Positions 43,514-57,339 of a DNA stretch of 64,000 nucleotides are shown here, piece after piece. This stretch comes from Octopus vulgaris (lineage: Eukaryota), in the NCBI GenBank assembly GCA_951406725.2, contig OX597828.1, forward strand, positions 54,808,001-54,872,000, given 5' to 3'. The notes beneath the pieces were generated by a model. That model was given only the letters and a program-made list of their open reading frames with translations. It ran no database searches and was not told the origin of the DNA. A program made the position numbers and the translations under genes. Position 1 is the first letter of the stretch; every line of letters starts with the position of its first letter.

Positions 43514-44022
43514 GTGATATAGAGACAGTTAACGTAAGGTACAGGATGAGTACACATACTAGGGTAGGTGTCAAGAGGGGAATAGGGAGGAAGTATATTA
43601 CAGTAGTTATGCGAGGAGTTATACAAATGAGAAGTGTTTTTTTTTTATTTAATTTCACTTCAAGGTAATAAATAGTTTTCTGTTGAAAATTAGTATTCAT
43701 TTCATCATTCTGTAGAAGCACCAAGAAATCTAATAAACGTTTAACTATAATTGTTGTATGAATACCATATTCCCTGATATTACTCATGGTGGTAAAAGTA
43801 TACTTTCAAAGTTATACTCCTGTAAAACTGTGGCTGTGTGGTTAGAAGCTTTCTTCCCAACCACATGGTTCTAGGTTCAGTCCCACTGCGTGGCACCTTG
43901 GGCAGATGTCTTTCACATAGCCTCGGGCCAACCACAGCAGTGGATTTGTTAGACAGAAAGTGAAAGAAGTTCGTCGTGTATATATTGGTAATACAACTAA
44001 TAATACTATCAACAATAATACC

Positions 44023-44055
<33 letters not shown>

Positions 44056-44260
44056 ATTACCATTGTTATTAACACGACTATTACTATTATTATTATTATC
44101 ATTGTTATCACCATCACTATTACCATTACTATTATTATTAATACTACTCTTATTGTTGTCTTCGAAACATATGTCGAGAGTAAAGGAATTTTGTTAACAT
44201 CTTCGTTCAACTCCAATCATTTATTTATTCATATATATATATATATGAATAAATAAATGA

Positions 44261-44337
<77 letters not shown>

Positions 44338-44654
44338 CACACACACACACGTGTAATTGATACACATGAACATGCGCACACACTGACGCAGGCTTGACTT
44401 CGTAATAAAAAGTTTACTTGCCAACCACATGGTTCAGGGTTCAGTCCAACTGCGTGACGCCAATATATATATACACAAATTGAGATAGGGGTTGTAAATG
44501 CAACCCTCCATGGGATAACATATATCCTATATACTGCTAGTGAAGTTCCCAACAAAGTTAATACATAAATGTTAATGATTGCGATGCAATCAATTCATTT
44601 ACTGTATCTGGTAATTGATATTTGATTTAGATGTATATCTCCATTTTCTTATCT

Positions 44655-44730
<76 letters not shown>

Positions 44731-44942
44731 TGTATGTATGTATGTATGTATGTATGTATGTATGTATGTATGGGTGTGTAGAATTTAACACTTGGGATAC
44801 TTCACAAATTAGAACATAGAGGAATTTGACCCTACCGTCTAGGTTATAGCTATAAAGAACATGTCTGAAACAACCGTAGTGAAAGCAACCCATTTGTGTT
44901 ATTGGTATTACATATATACATACAAACATAAATATATATACA

Positions 44943-44998
<56 letters not shown>

Positions 44999-45004
<6 letters not shown>

Positions 45005-45310
45005 AAAAATGGTAAATAATTTTCCTGTGGTTTATCATGTAACCAACAATTATTTACCGGTAAATTTCGGTATGTAAATACGACAAATTAATTGTCAAGA
45101 CCTTTGTAAGGTTCAGTATATAGTAAAGAAAAAATAAGAAGGCTAATAGCAGGCTGTTTCACCTCATACCGAAGGAATTAGAAATGGCAGTCAAAGACCG
45201 TTTTTCCAATTTCTATAAGTGGAGAATCCAAAAACGAAGGCCCATTCTCCACTTATAGAAATTGGAAAAACGGTCTTTGACTGCCATTCCTTCGGTATGA
45301 GGTGAAACAG

Positions 45311-45313
<3 letters not shown>
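44999..45313. mobile_element. (TA)n-embedded cassette with about 70-bp fold-back hairpin
   Basis: 45151-45227 pairs with 45244-45313 apart from one 7-nt bulge; 16-nt loop. Confidence 0.85.
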
Positions 45314-45375
<62 letters not shown>

Positions 45376-45851
45376 TGGCGTCACGCAGTAGGACTGAACC
45401 CTGAACCATGTGGTTGGCAAGTAAACTTTTTATTACGCTGTCAAGCCTGCGTCAGTGTGTGCGCATGTTCATGTGTATCAATTACACGTGTGTGTGTGTG
45501 TGTGTAATCTGTTACATAGAGATATACTGTTTTGCCTTCTGATCCCGTTGAACCACCATAACCAGGAGGTGCTTCGACACTTTCAGTTCTACCTACGCAT
45601 ATTCTCTTTCGTCAAAATATTTATACAGAACACGCGGAGAAGAAAACACACAAGTCAGTTTCTAGTTCTTAGAATGTCTGGTGCCATATATATTTGTTTA
45701 CATACATTTATTGTGCTATACAAATATATTTATTTGTTTCTTTATCTATTGTAATCCAGTATAAGAACTATTCACACACACACACACACACACACATGTA
45801 TGTATGTATGTATGTATGTATGTATGTATGTGTGTATGTATGTATATATAT

Positions 45852-45894
<43 letters not shown>

Positions 45895-46001
45895 CATGTG
45901 TTTGTATGTATGTAAGTGTGTATACCCATGATACACACACACACACCTATATATATATATATATGTGTATATATATATATGTATGTGTGTGTGTATGTAT
46001 G

Positions 46002-46040
<39 letters not shown>

Positions 46041-46191
46041 AGAGAGAGAGGGAGAGAGGGAAAGATAGAGGGAGAGAGATGTATAGAAATACCAGCTGTG
46101 AATAGGTGATTGTTACCAGAAGTATAGACGGTTCTAGGAATAAAGCTCGGAGTACATTTGCCATTGCTTGAGAATACTAGAATAGGCAGTG

Positions 46192-46225
<34 letters not shown>

Positions 46226-47119
46226 CATTATATAATGGTGAAAATGAACTGAACAAAGGAGTTGAAGATTAGCATCGAACACAATGGCAATAGTCGAGTT
46301 ATTGATACGGAATGGAATGAGGTCACTGGTGTTAGGTAACCGGTGTGAACTGTCTGAGTAATCCGTTGGACATCATGTACTATTGTTGCGCAGCAATAAC
46401 AACAACATTTTCAAAGGTTTGGCCCAGTCAACTATATCTGCGATAGAAACACTAAAGGTAGAAGAAAGTCAAAGACAGGCAGATCGTACCGTAACATGAG
46501 AGAACTGGAACCAAATTACCATAAGACAATTCAACTCCACGTTCTTATCGTCCCTTTCTTCAGCAGCATGACACGAATACACACACACACACATATATGT
46601 ACATACGCACACAGGCAATAACACACACAAGCACACATACAAGCACAATCGTAAGTACATACAAAATACAGACGCACACATATTTGTATAAGAAGCAGTA
46701 AAGTACTAACACTCTTCTATTTAACTGACATGCATACCCACTACTTGAGTGCATTTTTATATACATATTCACACACACATATACACAAGTACACACACAC
46801 ACGTACACACAAACATACACGCATATATGTATGTATATACACGCACTAGCCAATCCAGGGTTATCCATAACACCCAAGAACTGTCTTGACCTAAACAAAA
46901 GAGACAGTTTGTTAATGGTAGGCTTGAATTCTACAAAGGCAGACTCAAATAAAACCCAAAGCAACACACACGGTCGTACCCACACGCACATGTATGTTGT
47001 GTAATGTATATATGTAGTATATGTATATGTATATATATATACATTATATGTATATGTATGTGTATATATATATGTATGTATATGTATATATATGTGGGGG
47101 TGTATATTATCTGTCTATC

Positions 47120-47190
<71 letters not shown>

Positions 47191-47218
47191 CATCTATCTG
47201 TCTGTCTGTCTGTCTATC

Positions 47219-47292
<74 letters not shown>

Positions 47293-47491
47293 ATGTCTAT
47301 CTATCTGTCTGTCTGTCTGTCTGTCTGTCTTTATATCTATCTATGTAGAGCTTTTCTTTTCGAAGATAGAAAAAGAAAAAAGGAACAAAAAAAGAAACAA
47401 ATGTAAAATTCCGATCAAAAGGGATCGGAAAAAAAAGAAAAAAAAAGGAAAAAAGAGAGAGAGAAAAAGCGATCAAAAGAGGGATCGTAGG

Positions 47492-47559
<68 letters not shown>

Positions 47560-47576
47560 AAGGGATTGTAGGTAGG

Positions 47577-47624
<48 letters not shown>

Positions 47625-47641
47625 AAGGGATTGTAGGTAGG

Positions 47642-47708
<67 letters not shown>

Positions 47709-47967
47709 GGAGGGAAGAAGTAGAGATCGGTCGTATAGCCGTACAAAATCAGCCTTTCAATTTCCGCTCCAGCTTAGGTCAGTTCGTTTCAAGAAGCATT
47801 TACCAATTCTCTTGGACTGTTCTTAGTTGAATACTCAGTTTCTGCATACCCGCCTTTATTGTTCCTATTATGAGTTCGATACTTTCTCGCGTAGCTCGTC
47901 AATTTACAATACCGTATTCCTATCGTTGATGGTGTTTTTTCATTTACATTTTTATATTATCTTCTTA

Positions 47968-48268
47968 GTGGAGGCCCAATGGCCCAGTGGTTAGGTCGGA
48001 GGATCGCGGTTTCGATTCCCAGACCGGGCGTTGCGTGTGTGTGTTTATTGAGCGAAAACACCTAAAAGCTCCACGAGGCTCCAGCAGGGGATGGTGGTGA
48101 ACCCTGCTGTATTCTTTTACCACAACTTTCTCTCACTCTTTCTTCCTGTTTCTTGAGTAACGCTGCGATGGGCTGGCGTCCCATCCAGCTTGGGGGGAAC
48201 ACATACGCCACATAAACTGGGAAACCGGGTCATGAGCCTGGCTAAAAAAAGGCTTGAAAAGGGCGCAT
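47968..48268 (+). mobile_element. SINE family C
   Basis: Head, body and tail as in 18232-18497. Confidence 0.88.
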
Positions 48269-48284
48269 AAAAATAATTATCTCC

Positions 48285-48705
48285 TTGCATTACACCAGAA
48301 CAAAACCCTATCTTCGATGGTCAAGATATATAACAAGAATGGAAGAGTCAGGTTTCCTCACCAAGTCTTATTCAATGAGCTCACTTCATAGGAAAAACCA
48401 TGAGGTTACTCTTTTCAAAGATACACGGACCATCTCAAAATTACACCGGGAAGCATTGGACTTGAGCATAAACCGTTTGAAATACAAGCCCCAGACCGTA
48501 CCAAGTGGCGGTGTTCCTTCACCATCGGAACCAAAAACTTCGAAGCCACCAGAAAAGAAAACGAAGAAATCATACGACAGAAGAGAAAAAATCGGCAAAA
48601 TCAATCTTGTCTTCCACGAACATTACCATGCAGACAGTGCCAGCCACTGTTCTATCAAGAATTGGTCATCAACGCCGTTACCATCACTATCGCCATGAAG
48701 GAAGC
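48285..48705 (+). mobile_element. Degenerate RTE-clade LINE 3' fragment
   Basis: Frameshifted LRWSRYITRMEES/PHQVLFNELT...QRYTDHLK...DRTKWR...SRIG resembles the RTE LRWxGHVxRM...LPKxxLYGEL...RYKDxLK C-terminal region. Confidence 0.75.
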
Positions 48706-49483
48706 GTTCAGCAAAGAAAAAACCGAAAATTTCGGATATGAGATAAAGCCAACAACATCAGAACCATCTCCGTATTTGGTTTTATATTATATTTTACATT
48801 ATCGCCTTCATCATTTCCACCTGTCGGCTACAACTTGCTTATTCGTCAGGTACAATGAGGGACACGCCCCATATCACGTTAATTACAAGATTTGTAAACT
48901 ATTTGTATATAATTTTCCACACCTTGTCAGTTCCGACGTCAGAATCGAAGCAAACCTGTGATTAGCTGGTTGCTAAAAAAAAAAAAAAATTAATAAATAA
49001 AAAGCAAACAAAGAAAAAAAAATGCAGTTGAGAGATAAACTTGGACTCGCTTCCTGTAGCCTAAACAATGAGAAGCTGAAGAATCGATAAAGCATTGAAA
49101 ATAACAGAAACGATAGAAACCTAATATTGAATGGTAAACTCTACTTAAACAGCACCGAATAAACTACACGCGAGGACGCACACACACGCACAAACAACAA
49201 CAACAACAAAAACAATAATAATAATAAATAATTATAACAATAAATAATAATAAATTCACTCAGATTAGGAAACTTGATCAAAGTGCATTGATCATAAAAC
49301 AGATCTCTTTGTACTTTAACATCAGCGACAACTATTTTGTTTTATTTTTTTTTATGTATTGAATAAGTGGTTTTATATTTGCCACAGGGGCAACGGTTAA
49401 GGAAACATTACATGAAAAAAACTATATGAATAGTCAGAATGGGTGTTTAAAGAACGTGCAAATGGATAAGTATGAAAAAAATA

Positions 49484-49910
49484 GGATCTTTTCGATTTGA
49501 ACGGCAGTTTTTAACATAATTTCTAGGTAACTAAAAATTTTAGACTTCGTATACTGGTAGAATGTGTTTATAAAACATCTTTTTCTCTTGGCTTTATTGA
49601 GAAAATTCTATAGTTTGTAAGATATTTGTTGGGTTTTTTCTTCAATTTCTGCAATTTCAACCAATCACTGACGTCTATTGAGGTAAAAAACATTCTGTGC
49701 CGTATGAATATGTCTCTCGTTTAAGAAACAGATTGGGTTTATTTACATTTGTGAAGAAAAAAAGATACCCTTCCCCCACCCCTAACCCTAACCCTAACCC
49801 TAACCCTAAAACAGATTGAAATGCAATAGATCGATACTATGGTCATAATTATGGGTGACAATTTCATATGACACCGCTAGAAAAAACTGCAGTTCAAACC
49901 GAAAAGATCC
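49484..49910. mobile_element. MITE with GG termini, 8-bp TSD and internal telomeric repeats (Merlin-like)
   Basis: TIR GGATCTTTTCGATTTGAACGGCAGTTTTT / AAAAACTGCAGTTCAAACCGAAAAGATCC; TSD AAAAAATA; (CCCTAA)5 at 49780-49809. Confidence 0.85.
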
Positions 49911-50935
49911 AAAAAATAAATAACAATGAAAGCAAAAATTAAGATGAGAATATCCGAAACGACGGGCTACTACCCCGGGTAGTAGCTCTCTGACTGATAT
50001 TTAATAGCGGTCCTAACCCAGCTCAATATATTATTAAAATTACTGCTCCTTCCTTCCAATAATAATAAGAGGAAACAAAATGGAGTTTACGTCTTGATAA
50101 CTCTTCTTGTTTCGTCATGATGTTTAGAAAGTTAAAAACCCTTTAAAATACTAACAAAAACAATGATGACTTAGGGGTAGTTTAGGAATTCCACACATCC
50201 AGGATTACTCTGACTACCAAGGGCAAGTGCTTTCTCCTAGTTTTGTTCTGGTGTCAACAAGTGTATGCTAATAGTCGAGCTAGTTTGTCGGGGTCTATTA
50301 ATCATTTGGCGTACTTTTCGGTAAATTTAACGGCGAACAGCACTTTCCTACGTCTCTGTCTCTCTCCTCTCTCTCCCTCTTTCTCTCTTCTTTGTTTTAA
50401 AGTGGTATTGGAAGAAGTTGATGATAGATTAGCCTGGGAGAGAAAGCGCTATTTTCAATACATTCAGCCGAGTCGAAATTTAGCTAACTTCCATCACTAA
50501 AGAAACGCAGCTGAAAATCCTATCTGTTGCGAATATCGGGTAGATTCTAGAGGTCAGCCAAATACTCAAACTCAGTCTTTGCTTGAATTTAGGTCTACAT
50601 CTTGGCCAAAGGAATGAGCAGCATAAAGACGAATCTCAAAATTGACGACCACATTTGCTTACTGAAGTCATGGACTAACACTGCCTCAGAACTATCAATT
50701 ACAAGCTTCTGAAATTTATTGAAATTAGTTGTGGTAGCAGAGAGCCCCACCCGCATCAAACATCAGAATTTCTTTTTTCTACAATGAGCGAAAGAGCATC
50801 TGCTCCAATCTGGGTAAATTTTTTCTGGTATAAGGAATTACCCTGGCCACCCCACTAAAGGCTTCTTCCCAATATTTATCAACGGGGCTAAGCCCTTTCT
50901 CTAGCGACAGAAACCGCTAATCTGCAAGCGGTTAC

Positions 50936-51122
50936 CTCTTCTTAGGCCTGGGTGTAAGCGTCACCTCTGATTTGTCTAAAGGAATGAGTGTCTTCATGTT
51001 ACTACTAGTTACACCTCCATTTTGATACCGACCACTTTCATTTGCTATGTGTCCGTCACAATCAGAATTTATCCGACTACATAGACACTGTCCTCGATTA
51101 TTGGGCATCAATCGATGCATAC
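50936..51122 (-). CDS. Candidate 187-bp coding exon of an unknown gene
   Basis: TAG| acceptor and AAGAG|GTAACC donor enclose the open frame [62 protein letters not shown]. No homology recognised; weak polypyrimidine tract. Confidence 0.3.
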
Positions 51123-51260
51123 CTACACTTAAACATTCACACACATACGAGCGCGCACACACACACACACACACGTAATATGAAAACGTACACATATGTT
51201 CACACGTATACAAAGACATATACGTGCATATATTACACACGCACATATATATATATATAT

Positions 51261-51318
<58 letters not shown>

Positions 51319-51382
51319 GTATATATATATATGTATATTGTGTGTGTATATATATATGTATATATATATATATATGTATATA

Positions 51383-51468
<86 letters not shown>

Positions 51469-51472
51469 TGTG

Positions 51473-51594
<122 letters not shown>

Positions 51595-51801
51595 CATATA
51601 CATATATATATATTATATGAGTGTATAGTTACTCATATACATTGTATATACACTCACAAACACACTGCGCAACCATAAAACAAAAATACAAACACACAAA
51701 TAAAGACCTCAGTCTATAATTATGTAAACAAAACAGATAAGGTAAATAATAGAACTGAAGAAAAGAGAAAGTGATGATGATGCGACGACGACGACGACAA
51801 C

Positions 51802-51841
<40 letters not shown>

Positions 51842-52523
51842 ACGACGTCGATGGTTGTGGCTGGTTTTGAGACGGCGGCGAGCGCGATGGTAAGGACTAA
51901 ATGTCTAAATAGTATAAAGTCATTGTTTTATCATCCGGTAGAAGAAAGTTGTTGTGTCAGTTGCAGAAGATAGAAAGTCCAAAAAAAAAAAAAAGAAAAG
52001 GAAAAAAGGAAAAAAAGAAAAAGGCAGTGGTGGTCGTGGTGGTACAGGAGCTGGGCGGTTAAGGTTTCTAGTTACCCTTTGTATCTAACAGCATCGATAT
52101 TTTTCTGTTTGTCCGGAAACAATGTCGCTAGCTATGGACGAATCTTTTCCAAACTTTGCAAAGATATCCAGATGCAACCAATGTACATAAGCAAAAAGAA
52201 CCCGGAGTCGAGATTCCCTCGGGGTAAAAAAAAAAAGAGTCGAATGAAGAAAAGAGATATAGAAAACCTGAGAGATGCAAAGGTGAAGTAGCTGAGTAGG
52301 AGTGTTAGTGGGATGTGAAGAAATGTCAGCTTGTTGCGTCTAACACTGATATTCTTTCTTCTTCAAATACACATATCCAGACTTCGACCGATAGCTGTTA
52401 TGACAACAGACACACAAGGAAATGGCACCGTAAATATTGTCTGGGTATATGCAGTTATGTATGTATACATGTATGTATGTATGCATACATAAATGTGTAA
52501 GTATGTATGCATGTATGTATATG

Positions 52524-52591
<68 letters not shown>

Positions 52592-52615
52592 CATATACAT
52601 ACATGTATGCAGGTA

Positions 52616-52661
<46 letters not shown>

Positions 52662-53046
52662 CATGTATATATACATATATATGTATATATATATATGAGT
52701 ATGCATGTATATATACATATATATTTATATATATATATATATATATAAACATATATATAAATGGCAATTTCTGTCTGTCTGTCCGTCTGTCTGTTACCAG
52801 CTTAGTGCCTAAACCATCGAACTAATATTCACGAAACTTCGCATAGATTTGACACTATCGTCCAGTTCAATGATAGGCAAATTGCATTTCAATTAAAATC
52901 TATAATGTGTCCCCAATAGGCGTTGGACGAATTATATGATAATATATATATATATATGATAATATATATATATATATATATATAATACACATTGTGTACA
53001 GGACATAGCCAACGAGTGAAAAATGCGTAAACACACGAAAGAAAAG

Positions 53047-53720
53047 TACAGGACAAATTACCAAAAGAAGATAACTCCTCATCAGTCATCAGACAGTTTA
53101 TTACTCCTATCTCGTGCTTTTAACGACAAGATAGGAAAATTTCATAAGACAGCAGAATCCAGAAATTTTTAAAATATAAAATTCATGTAGAGTCAGGGCT
53201 TCGAACGAACAAACAACGCCAGAGTGGATGTACAGAGTAAACAATCGACGAAGGTAAATATTAAGGGCCGTTAGGCCAAGACGAATTGTAATGGGTAACG
53301 CCTGAGAGAAATTTTTTCGAGGAAATAGAATGATTAGAAGAGAATAAAATAGTAGAAGAAAAATGTCGGGAGCCGAGAGATATGACATCCAGTCCGGTGA
53401 ACGTCTAGTTCAGAAAAGTCAGAGGCAAGAGAAATGACCTGTAGCCATTGAAAAAGTTTCTCCCAGGCGTTATCCACTACAATTCGTCTAAGCCTAATGG
53501 CGCTTAATGTTTGTCTTCGTCGATTGTTTACTCTATACGTCCACTCTGTCGTTTGTTCGTTCGAAGCCCTAACTCGCCATGAATTTTATATTTTTAAAAT
53601 TTCTGGATGCTGCTATCTTATGAAGTTTTCCTATCTTGATGTCAAAAGCACGAAATCGGAGTAGTAAACACTTCCGACAACAGATGAGGAGTTATCTTCT
53701 TTTGGTATTTTGTACATGCA
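53047..53720. repeat. Long imperfect inverted repeat (about 270-bp arms, 130-bp spacer)
   Basis: 53047-53318 vs 53450-53720, for example CCAAAAGAAGATAACTCCTCATC / GATGAGGAGTTATCTTCTTTTGG. Confidence 0.92.
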
Positions 53721-54314
53721 TACTTATATACATATAGGGTGGCGACAACTTGTCAAAACTGCTCTTTGTTCTCAGATTAAACCCCCTATCATAACTGATC
53801 AACAAATTTTAAAAAAAGTTGCTACAAGAATGGATCCAGTAACGCCCCTCACCTTTTCTTAATGAGATGATTGCAAATCCAGTGCACAAAATACACTTTC
53901 AGCTTCATACTTCTTATTATTGGAGCAACATGGTACATACCAGCATGTCTGGAGCAAAGGATGAACTTGGGTTCTTGGGGGAGGGAATGCAACCTGTTTA
54001 TTCATACGTCACAAATCATCACCATATATGGGACAATAAAAATGAGTAATTCCTTGAGATTTAAAGAATGACGCACAAAGCAAGGTGCTTTCCTTCCCAG
54101 CTTTGCTACAAAGCAGGTGGCCAGTCGAAATTAGTTCTAAATTATCAAAGAGAAAAAGAAAACCTGCATACTGACTGGCATACATGCACACATGCCTACG
54201 CATACATACACTCACATATACACATACATATAAATATAAATGTATATCTGTGCATGTACATATGTTTATATATAAACATATACATACTTTATAAATATAC
54301 ACACACACACACAC

Positions 54315-54468
<154 letters not shown>

Positions 54469-54520
54469 AATATATATATACATATATATATGTATGTATG
54501 TATATATGTGTGTGCGTGTC

Positions 54521-54575
<55 letters not shown>

Positions 54576-55641
54576 CGTATATTTATGTTCATATACACAC
54601 ACACATTCACACACACTCAAACGTATTACATCACAAGAAGACGAGGCTCTCCAAGTGGTCTCTCAACGCCACAGAGTATTTAATATAAGTCTCATGCGTG
54701 TATTTATCTAAGCAGATACCAAGGAACTAATATGTTCGTTAATTCTGTTGTTCTGTTATTCGATGCTGTTAGCTAGGCAACACTTTGATATTGTTTCAAG
54801 TGTAGATGGCAGGTTTAATGTTAGACGAATCTCTGTTGACGATCGACTGACTATTAAAACATTGGCAACACGGTGCTTTTAATAAGAATGTCGTTGAAGA
54901 CTGGATTATAGTCATGGCTACCGTCACCACCACCACCACCACAACCACCACCACAACCAACACCACCATCACCATTACTAATACCACTACCGACCGGCAC
55001 CACAATCATCATCGCAACTACTATGACCACGAGTATCCGTAGCACCATAGCTACTACTACCACCGCCACCTCTATAACCACCTCCGTTTCCACCACCACC
55101 ACCACTATCCGCATCAACATTCTCCACCATCCCCACTATCTCACCACTATCCCTACCACCACCACCACCACCACCACCATCATCCCTACAACCACAACCA
55201 ACACCATCACCACCAGCATCAACACCAACACCACTGCCAATACTGTCATCTCCATCACCATGTCCACTATCCCTCCACCACCATCACCACCTCCACCACA
55301 ACCACCACCACCACCACCACTACTACAGTTCTATCCAGTCAATGCTGACCCGAATCTGAACAACTACAATAGACGCACATGCAGTCGAGAGAGGAGGGAT
55401 TACATGTCCAGGCTGTCACTCTGCTCGCAATACGATGCATCACTCAATGACAAGCCACATAGTTCATGGTTATATAAGATAAGGAAGGAAAACCAAAGGC
55501 GTGATTACCATGGGTGGAATATATTTCATTATATGCCCGCTCAGTTAAAGCTGACATGGAGCTAAGCAAAAATAAATATTTTTTTAAGAATTGCTCCTCC
55601 ACCGGTTTCGACGACGAGTGTTCCAGTTGATCGTTTACTAC

Positions 55642-55720
<79 letters not shown>

Positions 55721-55794
55721 ACTATCTATCTATCTACTAACTATCTATCACTCTATCTACACACATACACGCAAGCGCGCACACACTCGCACAT

Positions 55795-55852
<58 letters not shown>

Positions 55853-55954
55853 AGTTAATCCAAACATGAAAACACAAAGAGAAAACACAACAACGCGAGG
55901 ACGTGGAACAAATATAGTATTATTGGACGCTCAGGAAGGAAGGGAAGGAGGAGG

Positions 55955-55989
55955 GTTTAACGTTTCGAGCGGAGATCTTCGTCGGAAAC
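55955..55989 (-). ncRNA. Variant minimal hammerhead-like motif in (TA)n cassette 55850-56031
   Basis: Minus strand GTTT-CCGACGA-A-GATC TCC GCTC-GAAA-CG-TT-AAAC; core U4 changed to C and a helix II mismatch. Confidence 0.45.
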
Positions 55990-56051
55990 ATAGGAGAAGG
56001 AAAGAACCAGAGAAGGGAAGACAGAGGAAAATGTATATATATATATGTATG

Positions 56052-56136
<85 letters not shown>

Positions 56137-56558
56137 GTATAAATATAAATATATATATTTACTTATGGATATTTATTTACTGCTGGACTGTTTGAATACG
56201 CTCGCATACTAAATTTGAATCTATAATGTATGAAGATGGAGCTGTCTTGTGCACGTGTTTTCAGTGCTTATTAAAGCTACACAATTATGCATTCTTTTAG
56301 CAATCCTACTGACGAACTACGGATGCCAAATTAACATATTCGGTCATTAATAGCAAAACTCGAGTATAGGATTAACTATTTTTTTATCTTGTTCCCTTTA
56401 GTGCCTTTAACAGCGTGCCTTAAGAATTATTTTCCCACGGTTTGGGTTTAACTGCCCTTTTTTGCATGTAAGAAGTTCTGTCGAGGGTCTTCTCTCTGTG
56501 TATAAATCTTTTGCCACTCTTATATATAAAAATATACTTACATATGTATATATACATA

Positions 56559-56608
<50 letters not shown>

Positions 56609-56630
56609 TTACACATACACATACAAATAG

Positions 56631-56742
<112 letters not shown>

Positions 56743-57339
56743 GGAAATGTTGCTTTAATATTTTGTATTAAAGTTTGCTTTGTTTTTCTTTGTTGTCACC
56801 TTTGATAAATCTAACCTCTGATTAAAACATTCCATCTATAATAATCCTTTATTTTATCCAGACAGTATATCTAGGAGTAAGCTTTCTACTGTGTGATTAC
56901 TTTAATAAAATTTTTTGGCACGGTTCCGAAATTTGTGGAGGATTTTACCTGAAAATAACGAAAGAAACTAAAACAGAATCCACAAAGTCATTGCGTATCA
57001 TAGTTGTCGATGGAGAAATACGGCTTCATTAACTTTACAACTCGTGATATCATGACATAAACCGGAAGTTTTCTCAGACGATAATAATATTTGTTTCAAA
57101 TTTTGGCACAAGGCCAACAAAATCAGCTGAGTTCGATTATACCGTCTCCAGTACTTGTACTTATTCTATCGACCCAGGAAGGTTGAAAGGCAAAAACGAC
57201 CACGGAGGAAATTTGAACTCAGAACATAATAACGGACGAAATGCCGCTAAGCCTTTTGTTCGGTGTGCTAACGATTACGCTAAGCTCGCTACCCTGCAAA
57301 TAATAGCAATATTGATTTTAAATTTTGGCCTATTTCAAG

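Noticed and set aside
49780-49809. Chromosome end or telomere fusion scar
   Set aside because: Only five units, lying inside a TIR/TSD-bounded element.
53645-53695. Type II hammerhead (CGAAA...CAGATGAG; CTGATGAG in the other arm)
   Set aside because: Core words occur in permuted order, but helices I and III cannot be paired convincingly in either arm. A family consensus would be needed.
55023-55565. Mucin-like 180-aa ORF
   Set aside because: The N-terminal part is a CAC/ACC repeat, and the C-terminal part has no recognisable homology and partly resembles decayed family D repeat.
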